Assembly (NCBI GenBank): GCA_963740315.1
Contig: CAVUDP010000004.1
Coordinates: 128,001-192,000 of the forward strand
Direction: 5' to 3'
Origin: an uncultured cyanobacterium
GTDB lineage: Bacteria; Cyanobacteriota; Cyanobacteriia; Cyanobacteriales; Nostocaceae
DNA length: 64,000 nucleotides
Shown here: in pieces, positions 37,018 to 46,627 of the stretch
Numbering within the stretch: the stretch's first letter is position 1
How the letters are laid out: each line of letters begins with the position of its first letter
Translations under genes and position numbers: made by a program
Notes under the pieces: generated by a model
The model's database searches: none
What the model was told of the DNA's origin: nothing
What the model saw: the letters and a program-made list of their open reading frames with translations, nothing else

Positions 37018-38406
37018 TTAATTGATAATTGTAAAAACTGCCATTTGCGTTGGGGAACCTACTTCTAATTCTTCGTCTCCTATGCTTTGAAATTCTACGC
37101 TGTAACTAAAGTTTTCTCCTATTTGATTTGCCCAGTTTTTAAATTCTGCTCTTGTCCATTCAAAACGGTGATCTTTATGACGTAATGTCCCTGCTGGTAG
37201 GCTTTCAAATTTAACGTTATATTCAATGTTTGGTGTGGTAACTATTACCGTTTGCGGTTTGGCAAATTCAAATAAAACTCTTTCAAATGCGCTTAATCTG
37301 GGTAAATCAAGATGTTCTATGACTTCAATTACCGCAGCCGCATCGTATCCGGTAATTCGTTTATCTGTATATGTTAAACCGCTTTGAATTAATTGCAATT
37401 TATCCCATTGGTTGCGAGGTAAATGCAAACGATCTAATCTTTCTTTGGTAATTTCTAAAGCGCGATAGGAAACGTCTACTCCGGTAATTTGTTCAAAGTA
37501 ATTATCTTGCAAAAGCATTTTGAGTAAGTTACCTTGTCCGCAACCTAAATCTACAATTTTTTTAGCGTTATTTTGTTTCAAAGCTGCTACTACTGCATTC
37601 AAACGCTGCTGATTTAAACTTAATGGTTTCTCTACTGCGGCTTCTTCTTTATCGTGATTTTCTTCGGCACTATCTGGATCGGGTTCGTTGGGTTCGGTGA
37701 GTTGCGCTAATGCAGCGCGGGTTAAGCGATATTGACGTTTTAAATAGCGTTTGGTAATCTCTTCTTTTAATGGATGTTCCTTTAACCAACCTTCCCCGTG
37801 ACGCAATAATTTTTCTATTTCATCTTCGTTTACCCAGTAATGTTTATTATTATCTAAAACTGGTATTAAAACATAAAGATGGCTGAGTAAAAGCGAAAGG
37901 GTTATGGTATTTTGCAATTCGACGGTGAAATATTTACTTTCTCCCCATTCCGGGAAAGTTTCATCTAAAGGATAATTTTGTAAAGTTACTTGATAACCCA
38001 AAGGTTCAAACAATTCTCGTAAAAAACCTTCACCCCCATGACTGGGTAAAACCGAAATTTTTGCTACTAACGGTATTGGGGTTTCTACTAACTCCGGTTT
38101 ATCCTTGCAGCGCCCACCCAAAGCTGTACCAAATACTTGAGATATCGCCACGCTGAAAAACGAAGAAGCTACATAAGGGCGATCGTTTACATAAGCATCC
38201 AGCGTCAAAGTTCTTTTTCTAACTAGTTTTATGGGATTAATATCTAATAATAAAGCTGCGGTGCATTGTTCGTTGTTGGCTTCGGGGTAGAAAACGTGGG
38301 CTTCTCCGAAGGAAAGCGAAAACGACTGACAGCGACTTGGGTGTTTGTGTAGAAGATAACCCAAGTCGGTTGCTGGTTGGTGAGTGGTAGCGATGGTTAG
38401 CAGCAT
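37018..38406 (-). CDS. hen1: 3'-terminal RNA ribose 2'-O-methyltransferase Hen1
   Basis: PATDLGYLLHKHP, YVNDRPY.ASS, HLYVLIPVLD..KHYWV, DLGCGQG, IEVIEHLD, TTPN.EYN, RH.DHRFEWTR.EF. Confidence 0.97.
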   Translation of the reverse strand: MLLTIATTHQPATDLGYLLHKHPSRCQSFSLSFGEAHVFYPEANNEQCTAALLLDINPIKLVRKRTLTLDAYVNDRPYVASSFFSVAISQVFGTALGGRCKDKPELVETPIPLVAKISVLPSHGGEGFLRELFEPLGYQVTLQNYPLDETFPEWGESKYFTVELQNTITLSLLLSHLYVLIPVLDNNKHYWVNEDEIEKLLRHGEGWLKEHPLKEEITKRYLKRQYRLTRAALAQLTEPNEPDPDSAEENHDKEEAAVEKPLSLNQQRLNAVVAALKQNNAKKIVDLGCGQGNLLKMLLQDNYFEQITGVDVSYRALEITKERLDRLHLPRNQWDKLQLIQSGLTYTDKRITGYDAAAVIEVIEHLDLPRLSAFERVLFEFAKPQTVIVTTPNIEYNVKFESLPAGTLRHKDHRFEWTRAEFKNWANQIGENFSYSVEFQSIGDEELEVGSPTQMAVFTIIN

Positions 38407-38699
38407 TTTGTTGAAGGATGGGAAGACATTCTTTAGGGTAGCAAAATATTTTTTTTACAGCCTCGGAGCGCAGAGTAAGTAATTGCGATGAGCGGCGCAG
38501 TGAGTGGCGATCGCGCTTAACTCCATAGGGGATTAAGTAGTAATAAAAACTCTCGCTTGTCAAATATTGCATAAAACTACATAGACATACTCGTAAAAAC
38601 TTTTTAAAGTATTGATTAGTAATCAGAGGGTTCATGAAGCTCTTGTGACTCCGAAAAACTCCGAATATCTATCAAACTATTTCTTGTAGGAAAAGAATT

Positions 38700-39518
38700 A
38701 TGTCTAACAATGCTTACACCGTGCATGAAAATCTGAATGAATTTGAAGAAAGCCTTCTAGAAGATTTTAGTCAAGGATATAACTTAGTTGATGTTGCGTA
38801 TGGTGATGGTAGATGGGTTGGAACTTATCAAGACACACCTAGTAATAGTGGTTTTATCAGCACAAGCAGTGTTGAGGAACTTACACAAACAGTTCAACAG
38901 CAGTGGGAGCAGGGAGGATATCATTTAACTGATGTTGAATACGGGGATGGTATCTGGTTTGGAACTTTTGAAGAAGATTATGGTGCTAATGCTTATAGCC
39001 TTTCAACCAGTCTTACCGAACTTACAGAAGATATTTCGGGAAGATGGGAAGAAGGATATGACTTAGTTGATGTTGAATACGGTGATGGCATCTGGTTTGG
39101 AACTTATCGAGATGTTCCTGGTACTGGTGCTTATAACACTGCAAGCAGTATTGATGAATTTAAACAAGATATTTCAGCAAGATGGGAAGAAGGATATGAC
39201 TTAGTTGATGTTGAATACGGTGATGGTATTTGGTTTGGAGTTTTTCAAGACGACTCTAGTATTACAAGTGGTTATGTCAATGGAAGCACTTTTGATGAAC
39301 TTCTAGCAGATGGTAAAGAATTATTTAGCCAAGGATACGAATTAGTTGATGTTGAATACGGCGATGGTGTCTGGTTGGGAACTGTTGAAAAAGAAACTTA
39401 TACACCTAGTTACAGTGACTTTGGCTTGGAAATGTTAAGGTTGCAAATGGAACATGAAATGCAAATGGATGCGCTTCAAATGATTTCGGATTCTATTGAC
39501 TCTATACAGTATGCGTAA
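38700..39518 (+). CDS. Acidic protein with five about-50-aa GY.LVDVEYGDG.W.G.F repeats (paralog A)
   Basis: Five repeats visible in protein and DNA; AGGA RBS; paralog at 50668. Confidence 0.85.
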   Translation: MSNNAYTVHENLNEFEESLLEDFSQGYNLVDVAYGDGRWVGTYQDTPSNSGFISTSSVEELTQTVQQQWEQGGYHLTDVEYGDGIWFGTFEEDYGANAYSLSTSLTELTEDISGRWEEGYDLVDVEYGDGIWFGTYRDVPGTGAYNTASSIDEFKQDISARWEEGYDLVDVEYGDGIWFGVFQDDSSITSGYVNGSTFDELLADGKELFSQGYELVDVEYGDGVWLGTVEKETYTPSYSDFGLEMLRLQMEHEMQMDALQMISDSIDSIQYA

Positions 39519-39629
39519 GTATGCTCAAACCCGGATTTTTAAACTTTGTTGAGAATGCGATCGGTTTGATAACTACTTTCTTACGGCGATTAAATTACCG
39601 AAATTTTCAACTATAAATAATATTTTTTT

Positions 39630-39656
39630 AACCAGGGTTTAACACTCTGGTTTTTT
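39630..39656 (+). terminator. Intrinsic terminator candidate
   Basis: AACCAGGG-tttaaca-CTCTGGTT followed by a T-run. Confidence 0.5.
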
Positions 39657-39782
39657 CGATCGACATCTAAAGCCTTTTTTATTTGCACTTTTCTGTATGG
39701 GTTAAAGATTCATCTCCTATTAAAATGAAGTCACTTGAGTAGATGAAGTCCGAGGAAAAGTTTAAGGAAAGTTTCAATTTGG

Positions 39783-40508
39783 ATGAATATAAGTAAAAAT
39801 ATGGTATTAATTAACTTCCAAGAACACCAAGTTTACGAGGATTTACCAGTGGGGAAACTGTGCATTCTCGTTGTGGATGACCATCAGTTGATTTTAACTG
39901 GTACTCTTGATGTGTTGCGTCGAGAGTATTCCGAAGCCGATATTATTAAGGCTCAAACGACAAAAGAGACACTATCTTTAGTTCAATCTCATCAGTTAGA
40001 TTTGGTGATGATGGATTTGTCGATTCCTCATACTTTGGGGGAGAGAGCAGAAATTGAGTTGGGAATTCAACTTTTGCAAACTTTGCTCAAAGATTATCCC
40101 CAGCAAAATTTTATCGTGCAAACCAGCTATGTGAAAGCGTTAATCCGCATTAAACACGAAATTGATAATCATCAAGGTGGATTTGCGATCGCAGATAAAG
40201 GATTACCTGAAGATGAAATGTTAATGCGGGTGAATTTATCACTTAACGGTGCAACTCATACTAAAGATATCAAAACGGGAATCGAATTAAAGCCGGAATG
40301 GGTGGATGTTTTGCGATTTGCTTTTGAAGAAGGTTTGACTGATAAGGAGATTGCTAAACGAATGTATAAATCGGAACGAGCAATACGCACTTACTGGACG
40401 AAGATTCAAGACGTTTTAGAAATATATCCCGAAGACTGCAAGCAAAGCGGTAAGAATCTACGAATCCAAACCGAAATTCGTGCCCGCGATGAAGGTTTAA
40501 TTGATTGA
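39783..40508 (+). CDS. NarL/LuxR-like response regulator
   Basis: LVVDDH, DLVMMDLSIP (phospho-Asp), GLTDKEIAKRM..SER.IRTYW.KI. Confidence 0.9.
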   Translation: MNISKNMVLINFQEHQVYEDLPVGKLCILVVDDHQLILTGTLDVLRREYSEADIIKAQTTKETLSLVQSHQLDLVMMDLSIPHTLGERAEIELGIQLLQTLLKDYPQQNFIVQTSYVKALIRIKHEIDNHQGGFAIADKGLPEDEMLMRVNLSLNGATHTKDIKTGIELKPEWVDVLRFAFEEGLTDKEIAKRMYKSERAIRTYWTKIQDVLEIYPEDCKQSGKNLRIQTEIRARDEGLID

Positions 40509-40576
40509 TAATTTCAGGGAGTAGGGAGTAGGGAGTAGGAAAAACTTATATAACTAAGTTGTAAATATATAACATA

Positions 40577-42457
40577 ATGAGTTGGAGAATTTGGAGTCGT
40601 ATTAGCAAAGAATTCGAGTTGTGGTTGCGGGCTGCACCTCCGGGAATGATGGTGCTGGTTGTGGTGATGTTAATCCGTATAACTGGGGGATTGCAGCCTT
40701 TGGAATGGATGCTCCTCGATACGATGTTGCGATCGCGCCCGATTGAAAAGGTTGATGAGCGGGTAGTAATTGTCGGAATTGATGAAAAAGATATTGAATC
40801 GGTTAAGCAATATCCGGTGCCCGATCGCAAAATTGCAGAGTTACTCAACAAGCTGGAGACTTATAAACCGCGAGCAATTGGCTTGGATTTGTTTAAAAAT
40901 GTTCCGGTTGAACCCGGTAGCAAACAATTAGCGCAGCTATTCGAGGATAACAATAACATTATTGGGATTGAAAAAATTCTACCACCTGGGGAAATTCCTC
41001 CACATAAAAGTTTACCACCCGAACAAGTTGGATTTGCCGATTTACGTATTGATGGAGATAGTAAAAATCGCCGCTATTTGTTGTATACACCCTCCCCGAA
41101 AAATATAGACGAAGATAAATATTCTCTCGGCTTGCAGTTAGTAACTCAGTACTTTAGTAAAGAAGGAATTGATTTAGAAAACGGAATAAAAAATCCTAAC
41201 GCTCTAATGATTCGCTCAAAGGAATTACCACGAATTACTAAAAACTTTGGTGGATACATCGATATTAATGATGGCGGATTATCAATTTTAATCAACTTCC
41301 GCAACAGCTACAAACCTTTTCATGTGGTGTCGCTGCGGGATGTTTTGAATAATAAAGTTGATGCAGAATTGTTGCGCGATCGCATTATATTAATAGGCAA
41401 CCGCAACATGAGCGCTGGCGATATTTTTTATACATCCGCTTTGCCGCCATCGGGATTAAGCGGTCAAATTTATGGCGTTGACTATCACGCTCACGCTGTT
41501 AGTGAAATCCTCAGTTATGTTATCGATAGTCGTCCAATGTTAAGCAGTTTGGGAGATGTCAGCGAATATATATGGATAGTTCTTTGGGGTTTTGTGCCGA
41601 TTATCCTGGGACGACTTACCCAATCGGTGTGGACAAATTTACTTAGCGTTGCTGTAGTCGGAATCAGCTTGCTTAGCTTTGGTTACGTAATGCTGTGGTT
41701 GTGGGGTATATGGATTCCCATCGCACCCAATTTACTGATATTAAATGGAGTTAGCTTGAGTGCTTTTGCATTTTATCAACACGATAAATTTTTGCGATCG
41801 CAAATTAACGAACGTCTCAGCACGATTAAATATACTTTCTCTGTAATTCATAACGGCCCTTTGCAAACCCTTGCTTATGGATTAAAGCATATACGCGCCC
41901 AAGATATACCCCACGAACAATTAGTAGGACAATTTGAAAAACTCGATCGAGAAATTAGAGCGATCGGCGATTTTCTTCAGTTAGAAGCATTAGCAGAAAA
42001 AGAAGTTTTACGTTTGGGAAGTGGATTAATTTTGGATTTAAATCGTCCGCTTCACGATTTACTGTACGAAGTTTATTCAAGTACCTTAGAACGTAACGAT
42101 TTTGAATATTTTCAAACATTAAAAGTTAAAATTCGCAACTTCGATCCCATTGACGATAAATATTTAAACAGAGAAAAAAAACGCAGCATCTGTTTGTTTA
42201 TGGAAGAAGCATTATGTAACGTTGGCAAACACGCCGAAGGAGTAAAGCGCGTTCAAGCATCCGGTGAATATTCTCCAAATAAATATAAATTGTGGGTGAA
42301 AGATAACGGAATTGGAATTAAATCTACTCAGGAAAATAAAGGTACAAAAAACTGTAAATTACTTGCCAAACAGTTAAAAGGAGAATTTAAACGAGAATCG
42401 ATTTCCCCGAAAGGCACAATATGCGAACTTAGTTGGACACCGATAAAAGAATTTTAA
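40577..42457 (+). CDS. CHASE2-domain sensor histidine kinase (HisKA_3-like)
   Basis: CHASE2 (D.RVVIVGIDEKDI, PRAIGLD, DRIILIG, GVDYHA), three TMs, IHNGPLQ H-box, EEALCNVGKHA, VKDNGIG, GT.CELSW. Confidence 0.9.
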   Translation: MSWRIWSRISKEFELWLRAAPPGMMVLVVVMLIRITGGLQPLEWMLLDTMLRSRPIEKVDERVVIVGIDEKDIESVKQYPVPDRKIAELLNKLETYKPRAIGLDLFKNVPVEPGSKQLAQLFEDNNNIIGIEKILPPGEIPPHKSLPPEQVGFADLRIDGDSKNRRYLLYTPSPKNIDEDKYSLGLQLVTQYFSKEGIDLENGIKNPNALMIRSKELPRITKNFGGYIDINDGGLSILINFRNSYKPFHVVSLRDVLNNKVDAELLRDRIILIGNRNMSAGDIFYTSALPPSGLSGQIYGVDYHAHAVSEILSYVIDSRPMLSSLGDVSEYIWIVLWGFVPIILGRLTQSVWTNLLSVAVVGISLLSFGYVMLWLWGIWIPIAPNLLILNGVSLSAFAFYQHDKFLRSQINERLSTIKYTFSVIHNGPLQTLAYGLKHIRAQDIPHEQLVGQFEKLDREIRAIGDFLQLEALAEKEVLRLGSGLILDLNRPLHDLLYEVYSSTLERNDFEYFQTLKVKIRNFDPIDDKYLNREKKRSICLFMEEALCNVGKHAEGVKRVQASGEYSPNKYKLWVKDNGIGIKSTQENKGTKNCKLLAKQLKGEFKRESISPKGTICELSWTPIKEF

Positions 42458-42603
42458 GTATTTTAAATAACTTTTAAATAACTTTTAAATAACTAAAATA
42501 TCTAAAATATTACAATTATTCTTAAAGATTTCTATATTTACGTAAACTGTCCCGTATTTTTACAGTCTATTTCTAGAAGACTATATAGTAAATAGTAATT
42601 ATC

Positions 42604-43338
42604 GTGAATAATCATAAATCAACATTTTGGCGAAATCGTCGTAGAATCATAAGCTTAGTTATAGGAATGCTGTTCTTAACTACCGCACTTCCAGCCTATG
42701 CTAAATATAAGCCGCGCGATCGCAAACCTGCGAGTGGATATTCCCGTGGTGGTGGCTCCCGTGGATGTATGAGTAATGGTGGTATACCTTTGACGCTGTT
42801 AGCACCTCAGAGATTTATCGGTAAAACAGCTTCATTACGTCCAATGTTGGCTTGGTATACATCAAGTTCTAAAAACGTGCGATTCCGACTTTATGAATTT
42901 AAATCAGCCACGCAAGTTAAACAAATTGGTGAATCAAAAGAAATACCAACAGTGTTAGGAATCAACAAACTAAAGCTTCCCACCGATTATCCAGAGCTTA
43001 CAGTGGGTAAAACATACTTATGGCAAATTGCACTTGATTGCCCCGGTGGAGCAATTATTAAGCGTGCAGAATTTACCGTTATCAACCCTCAATCGCTAGC
43101 AAAGAATAAATTTACTAGCATTCCCGAAAGCGTCAATTATTATGCTGAAAACGAACTTTGGTATGAAGCATTAGAAGAAGCATTGAAAGCAGAAAGTAAT
43201 GGTAAATTGGGTGAAGCTGGCTCAACATTAGTGCAAGAATTGGCACAATTTGAAATGCCCACGGGAAGCGAAAGTAATAACGGAATTATTGAAAGACGAA
43301 TTGAGAATCTTCAGAAGATTTCGCGGGATAATCTTTGA
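42604..43338 (+). CDS. DUF928 domain protein with signal peptide
   Basis: Signal ending AYA; GGGSRGC, LTLLAP...G.T...RP...WY, L.VGK.Y.W, YA...LWYEAL. Confidence 0.88.
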   Translation: MNNHKSTFWRNRRRIISLVIGMLFLTTALPAYAKYKPRDRKPASGYSRGGGSRGCMSNGGIPLTLLAPQRFIGKTASLRPMLAWYTSSSKNVRFRLYEFKSATQVKQIGESKEIPTVLGINKLKLPTDYPELTVGKTYLWQIALDCPGGAIIKRAEFTVINPQSLAKNKFTSIPESVNYYAENELWYEALEEALKAESNGKLGEAGSTLVQELAQFEMPTGSESNNGIIERRIENLQKISRDNL

Positions 43339-43654
43339 TATAAAGGTTCGTAGTAAGTAGCTCTAGCCCTGAAATGGAAGGGTTAAAACCCTTACTACAA
43401 ACCTACAAGTTCGTAGGTTGGGTTAAAGGCGCACAAATAATTTATATAGGTTATGTCAAGTCTACAAGCGCATTTAGCCCAACATTTTGAATAAAAATCG
43501 TAAACCCGGTTTCAAAGCGATCGCACAACCAAAAAATCGCGTTTTTACAAGAAACCGGGTAAGTAGCGGGCTTGCTGATGGTGCAATAAATCAAGATGTT
43601 AGGTTACGAGGCATAGTTTAATTTTTAGTTAAAACCATTTCGATCGTAGTTTTA

Positions 43655-43736
43655 CAGCCAGCGAGCAAGATGCAGCCAGCGAGCAAAATACAGCCAGCGA
43701 GCAAGATGCAGCCAGCGAGCAAGATGCTCGCACTAC
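43655..43736. repeat. 4 x 18-bp tandem CAGCCAGCGAGCAAGATG ending in a REP arm
   Basis: Directly visible; final unit completes ...GCAAGATGCTCGCACTAC. Confidence 0.9.
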
Positions 43737-43753
43737 TTACAATTACTTTCTCT

Positions 43754-46408
43754 TCACAACCAATTACCAATAACAATCATCGGTGCCCAATGTGCGGGGT
43801 TATCATACTCGATATTCATACCTTCGGATGCGGGTAATTTTTTGGCGTTAATCATTTTGATTTGGGCTTTTTGCAATGCTTGAGCTATACTCATTCCCCC
43901 TTCCCGGTAGTTTTTGTAAAATTCTTCGACTAGTTTGGATGTCGATACATCTTGGATATTCCATAAAGATGCAATCGCGCTTTTAACTCCGACTTGTAAT
44001 GCAACTCCAGCTAATCCTAATGTGGCTCGCTCGTCGCCAAGTGCGGTTTGACAGGCTGTAAGTGCGAGCAATTCGACGCTATCGGATTGGTTTTTGAGGT
44101 TTTGCAGTGAGTTTTCTAGTTGGCTGATGGTGAGTTTTTTGTTTTTACCCGTGACTATGAAGGTATCTTTGGGAATGATGCCGAATTGAGCGTGACTGGC
44201 GATGTGTACGATCGGATATGTGGTTTGCTGGAGTTTTTGCTGGAAGTTTTCGGGAATAAAGTTATCGTCGATTAAGTCGGTATGATTGGGAAATAGTTTT
44301 TGAACTGCATTGATTTCATTTTTGACTGAATCAAGTTCGGGAAAAAGCTTTCCGTCAATTGTGGAATTTTCTGTTAAACCTAAAATTAATGCTTTCTGCT
44401 TGCTGCGGTTTGGTTTGGTAACTGTTAGTCGTAAACTGGGAGTTGTGGCGATCGCGTAGGTTTCAACTAAATATTTTTTTTGTTGACTGTCGTAAAGTGC
44501 TGCCATTGGTACGCTACGCAAAAATCCATCTTGAATAAATACGAGGGTTTTCACTTCCTCCGTGATATCTTCAGCAAAGGGACGAATTATCCAATCATAA
44601 AGCTGTGCGGCGGTTGTTGTATCGTAGTTAATTTCTTCTCTTCCTCTAACTAACCCTTCCCGAAATTCGGTTATTTTTTTCTCTAGCTCGTCACTGCTAA
44701 CTATTTTATTTGTACCTTGTTGTTGGGATTCAATCCATTTAAATTTGGTTGCTCGATCGGCTGACTGTAATAATATCCCGGTTTTACCATCTAAAATTAT
44801 CGAACTCAAAAATACGGTGTTTTTAAAAGCTGCAATATTTTGTTTATCTTGCAAAAGTTCGTCCACCTGTTTGGGATTCAACCCACTCAAAACGCAATCA
44901 TTACCAAAATAATTCTGTAATTCTGCTAGTTTCAATGCATCGATGGTTTTTACGACTTTTGATAATTCTTCGTCACGTTGTTTATCTGCGATCGCTCCAG
45001 CTTGCAACAGTTCCAGCCGCGATTTTGCTAAGGTGCGGTACAATGGTCGGACAACATCGCGGAAGTCAAACTGTACATCACGTTTCGCTGTCAAAATATC
45101 TTGGCGAATATCTTCCAAGGTTTCAAATGCTCTTTGATAGGATTCGATCGCTGCTTTTTTTCGCTGCTGTTTGTCCAAAATCCTTCCAGCTTGCCACTCC
45201 CACAAATACAAACTATCTTTTGCACTCAACTTACTATCTGCTGCAACGATCGCATTTTGGGTATAGGTTAGCGCTTTCTGGTTATCTTGGCGGCATTCCC
45301 AAAAATGTCCTAAAGCACCGTTTGCATAGGATTGCAAGCGATTGTCTTTTAAATTATTGCTAGTTAATACAGCAGATTGCAGTAAACTTAATGCTTGTTC
45401 GGGTAAAACTAGTTGAGTTGGACATTTGCTAAAAGGTGAATTTCCTTGAGCATGGCGTTGTAAGTATGCTAAATCGATAGCTCCATAGACTTTTGTTTCT
45501 GAATCTGGTAAATTTTCCAGCAGCTTTAAAGCATTTTCAACAGCATTATTAAACGTCTTATCCGTATGGGAAGCCAGCTTAATTAAATTCAAAAATCCCC
45601 GCATTTCTGCTAAATCTTGCTTTTGTTTGCGGGCAAATTTTATACTATTTTGAAAATATTCGCGGGCTTGTTTAAAATCTGCCGCAGACTTTTGATTAAA
45701 CTCTATTTCCTTGTCATCAAGACCAATTTTAGCAGCCGAAGTCGCTTGTAATTCCAGCAATTGAGCGCGATTTGTGTGAGCATTGCCCAAACTATTTAAA
45801 ACCAAAAAATTATCTTCTGAAGACTTTTGTGCTGCTTGTAAATACGCAATTGCTCGGTCATAATTTCCGATTAAACGATATACCTCACCGAGAACCCCCA
45901 AAGCTGCAACTTTACCAGGACGATCGTTATATTTACTGGCAATTTGTACCGCAGTTTCGGGAATGCATTCAAGCGAGTTGCCTTGATTTGCTTTGCCACA
46001 CAGAAGTGCGATCGCCTTTCTCGGTTGTCCCAAATTGCTGTAAACTTGAGCCAATTCCGTCCGCATTCTTCCGACTTGCGGGATATTTTTTACAGTTTGA
46101 TAGTCACGAATTGCCGTTGATAGCGATGCGATCGCGCTTTGATTTTCTCCTAATTTTTGATAAGCACGTCCTAAATTTTCATTTATAACCGCTGCCGCAG
46201 AAGGATTGTTTTGATATTGTTTTAAAGCATCTTCCCAATATTTTATTGCACCACGAAAATCGCCATTATTATAAACTTTAACTCCCCGCTCAATTAATGA
46301 ATTGCGATCGGGTTGTGCGGATACAACTTGTCCGAAAGATACGCAAATTAATAGAGTTGCAAAGAATAAAAGTTGTAAAAAATTGAAATGTTTATTTTTA
46401 GTTTTCAT
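43754..46408 (-). CDS. TPR + CHAT domain protein with signal peptide
   Basis: Signal ending VSA-Q; TPRs; LAELQNYFGNDC; HIASHAQFG and LTACQTA; PAHWAPMIVIGNW. Confidence 0.93.
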   Translation of the reverse strand: MKTKNKHFNFLQLLFFATLLICVSFGQVVSAQPDRNSLIERGVKVYNNGDFRGAIKYWEDALKQYQNNPSAAAVINENLGRAYQKLGENQSAIASLSTAIRDYQTVKNIPQVGRMRTELAQVYSNLGQPRKAIALLCGKANQGNSLECIPETAVQIASKYNDRPGKVAALGVLGEVYRLIGNYDRAIAYLQAAQKSSEDNFLVLNSLGNAHTNRAQLLELQATSAAKIGLDDKEIEFNQKSAADFKQAREYFQNSIKFARKQKQDLAEMRGFLNLIKLASHTDKTFNNAVENALKLLENLPDSETKVYGAIDLAYLQRHAQGNSPFSKCPTQLVLPEQALSLLQSAVLTSNNLKDNRLQSYANGALGHFWECRQDNQKALTYTQNAIVAADSKLSAKDSLYLWEWQAGRILDKQQRKKAAIESYQRAFETLEDIRQDILTAKRDVQFDFRDVVRPLYRTLAKSRLELLQAGAIADKQRDEELSKVVKTIDALKLAELQNYFGNDCVLSGLNPKQVDELLQDKQNIAAFKNTVFLSSIILDGKTGILLQSADRATKFKWIESQQQGTNKIVSSDELEKKITEFREGLVRGREEINYDTTTAAQLYDWIIRPFAEDITEEVKTLVFIQDGFLRSVPMAALYDSQQKKYLVETYAIATTPSLRLTVTKPNRSKQKALILGLTENSTIDGKLFPELDSVKNEINAVQKLFPNHTDLIDDNFIPENFQQKLQQTTYPIVHIASHAQFGIIPKDTFIVTGKNKKLTISQLENSLQNLKNQSDSVELLALTACQTALGDERATLGLAGVALQVGVKSAIASLWNIQDVSTSKLVEEFYKNYREGGMSIAQALQKAQIKMINAKKLPASEGMNIEYDNPAHWAPMIVIGNWL

Positions 46409-46627
46409 AAGGTTAGTAGTAAGGACGAGAGTCCTAAATCCGAGTAATTAATAGTGCGTTTCTCTAGTTATTTAATTTTGTTGTAGGGTGTGTCACGGCT
46501 TGAGAAATTTTTATGGTAGGTTATTAATTAAATCATGCCGTAACGCACCATTTTTATAACTTTTGCTGCTTTACGATATTCGTCTCTAATGCACCTTACA
46601 ATAGGACTAAAGTCCTGACTACGAACC

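Noticed and set aside
38237..38635. 132-aa minus-strand ORF overlapping the hen1 start
   Set aside because: Alternative frame over hen1 and its promoter; no motifs.
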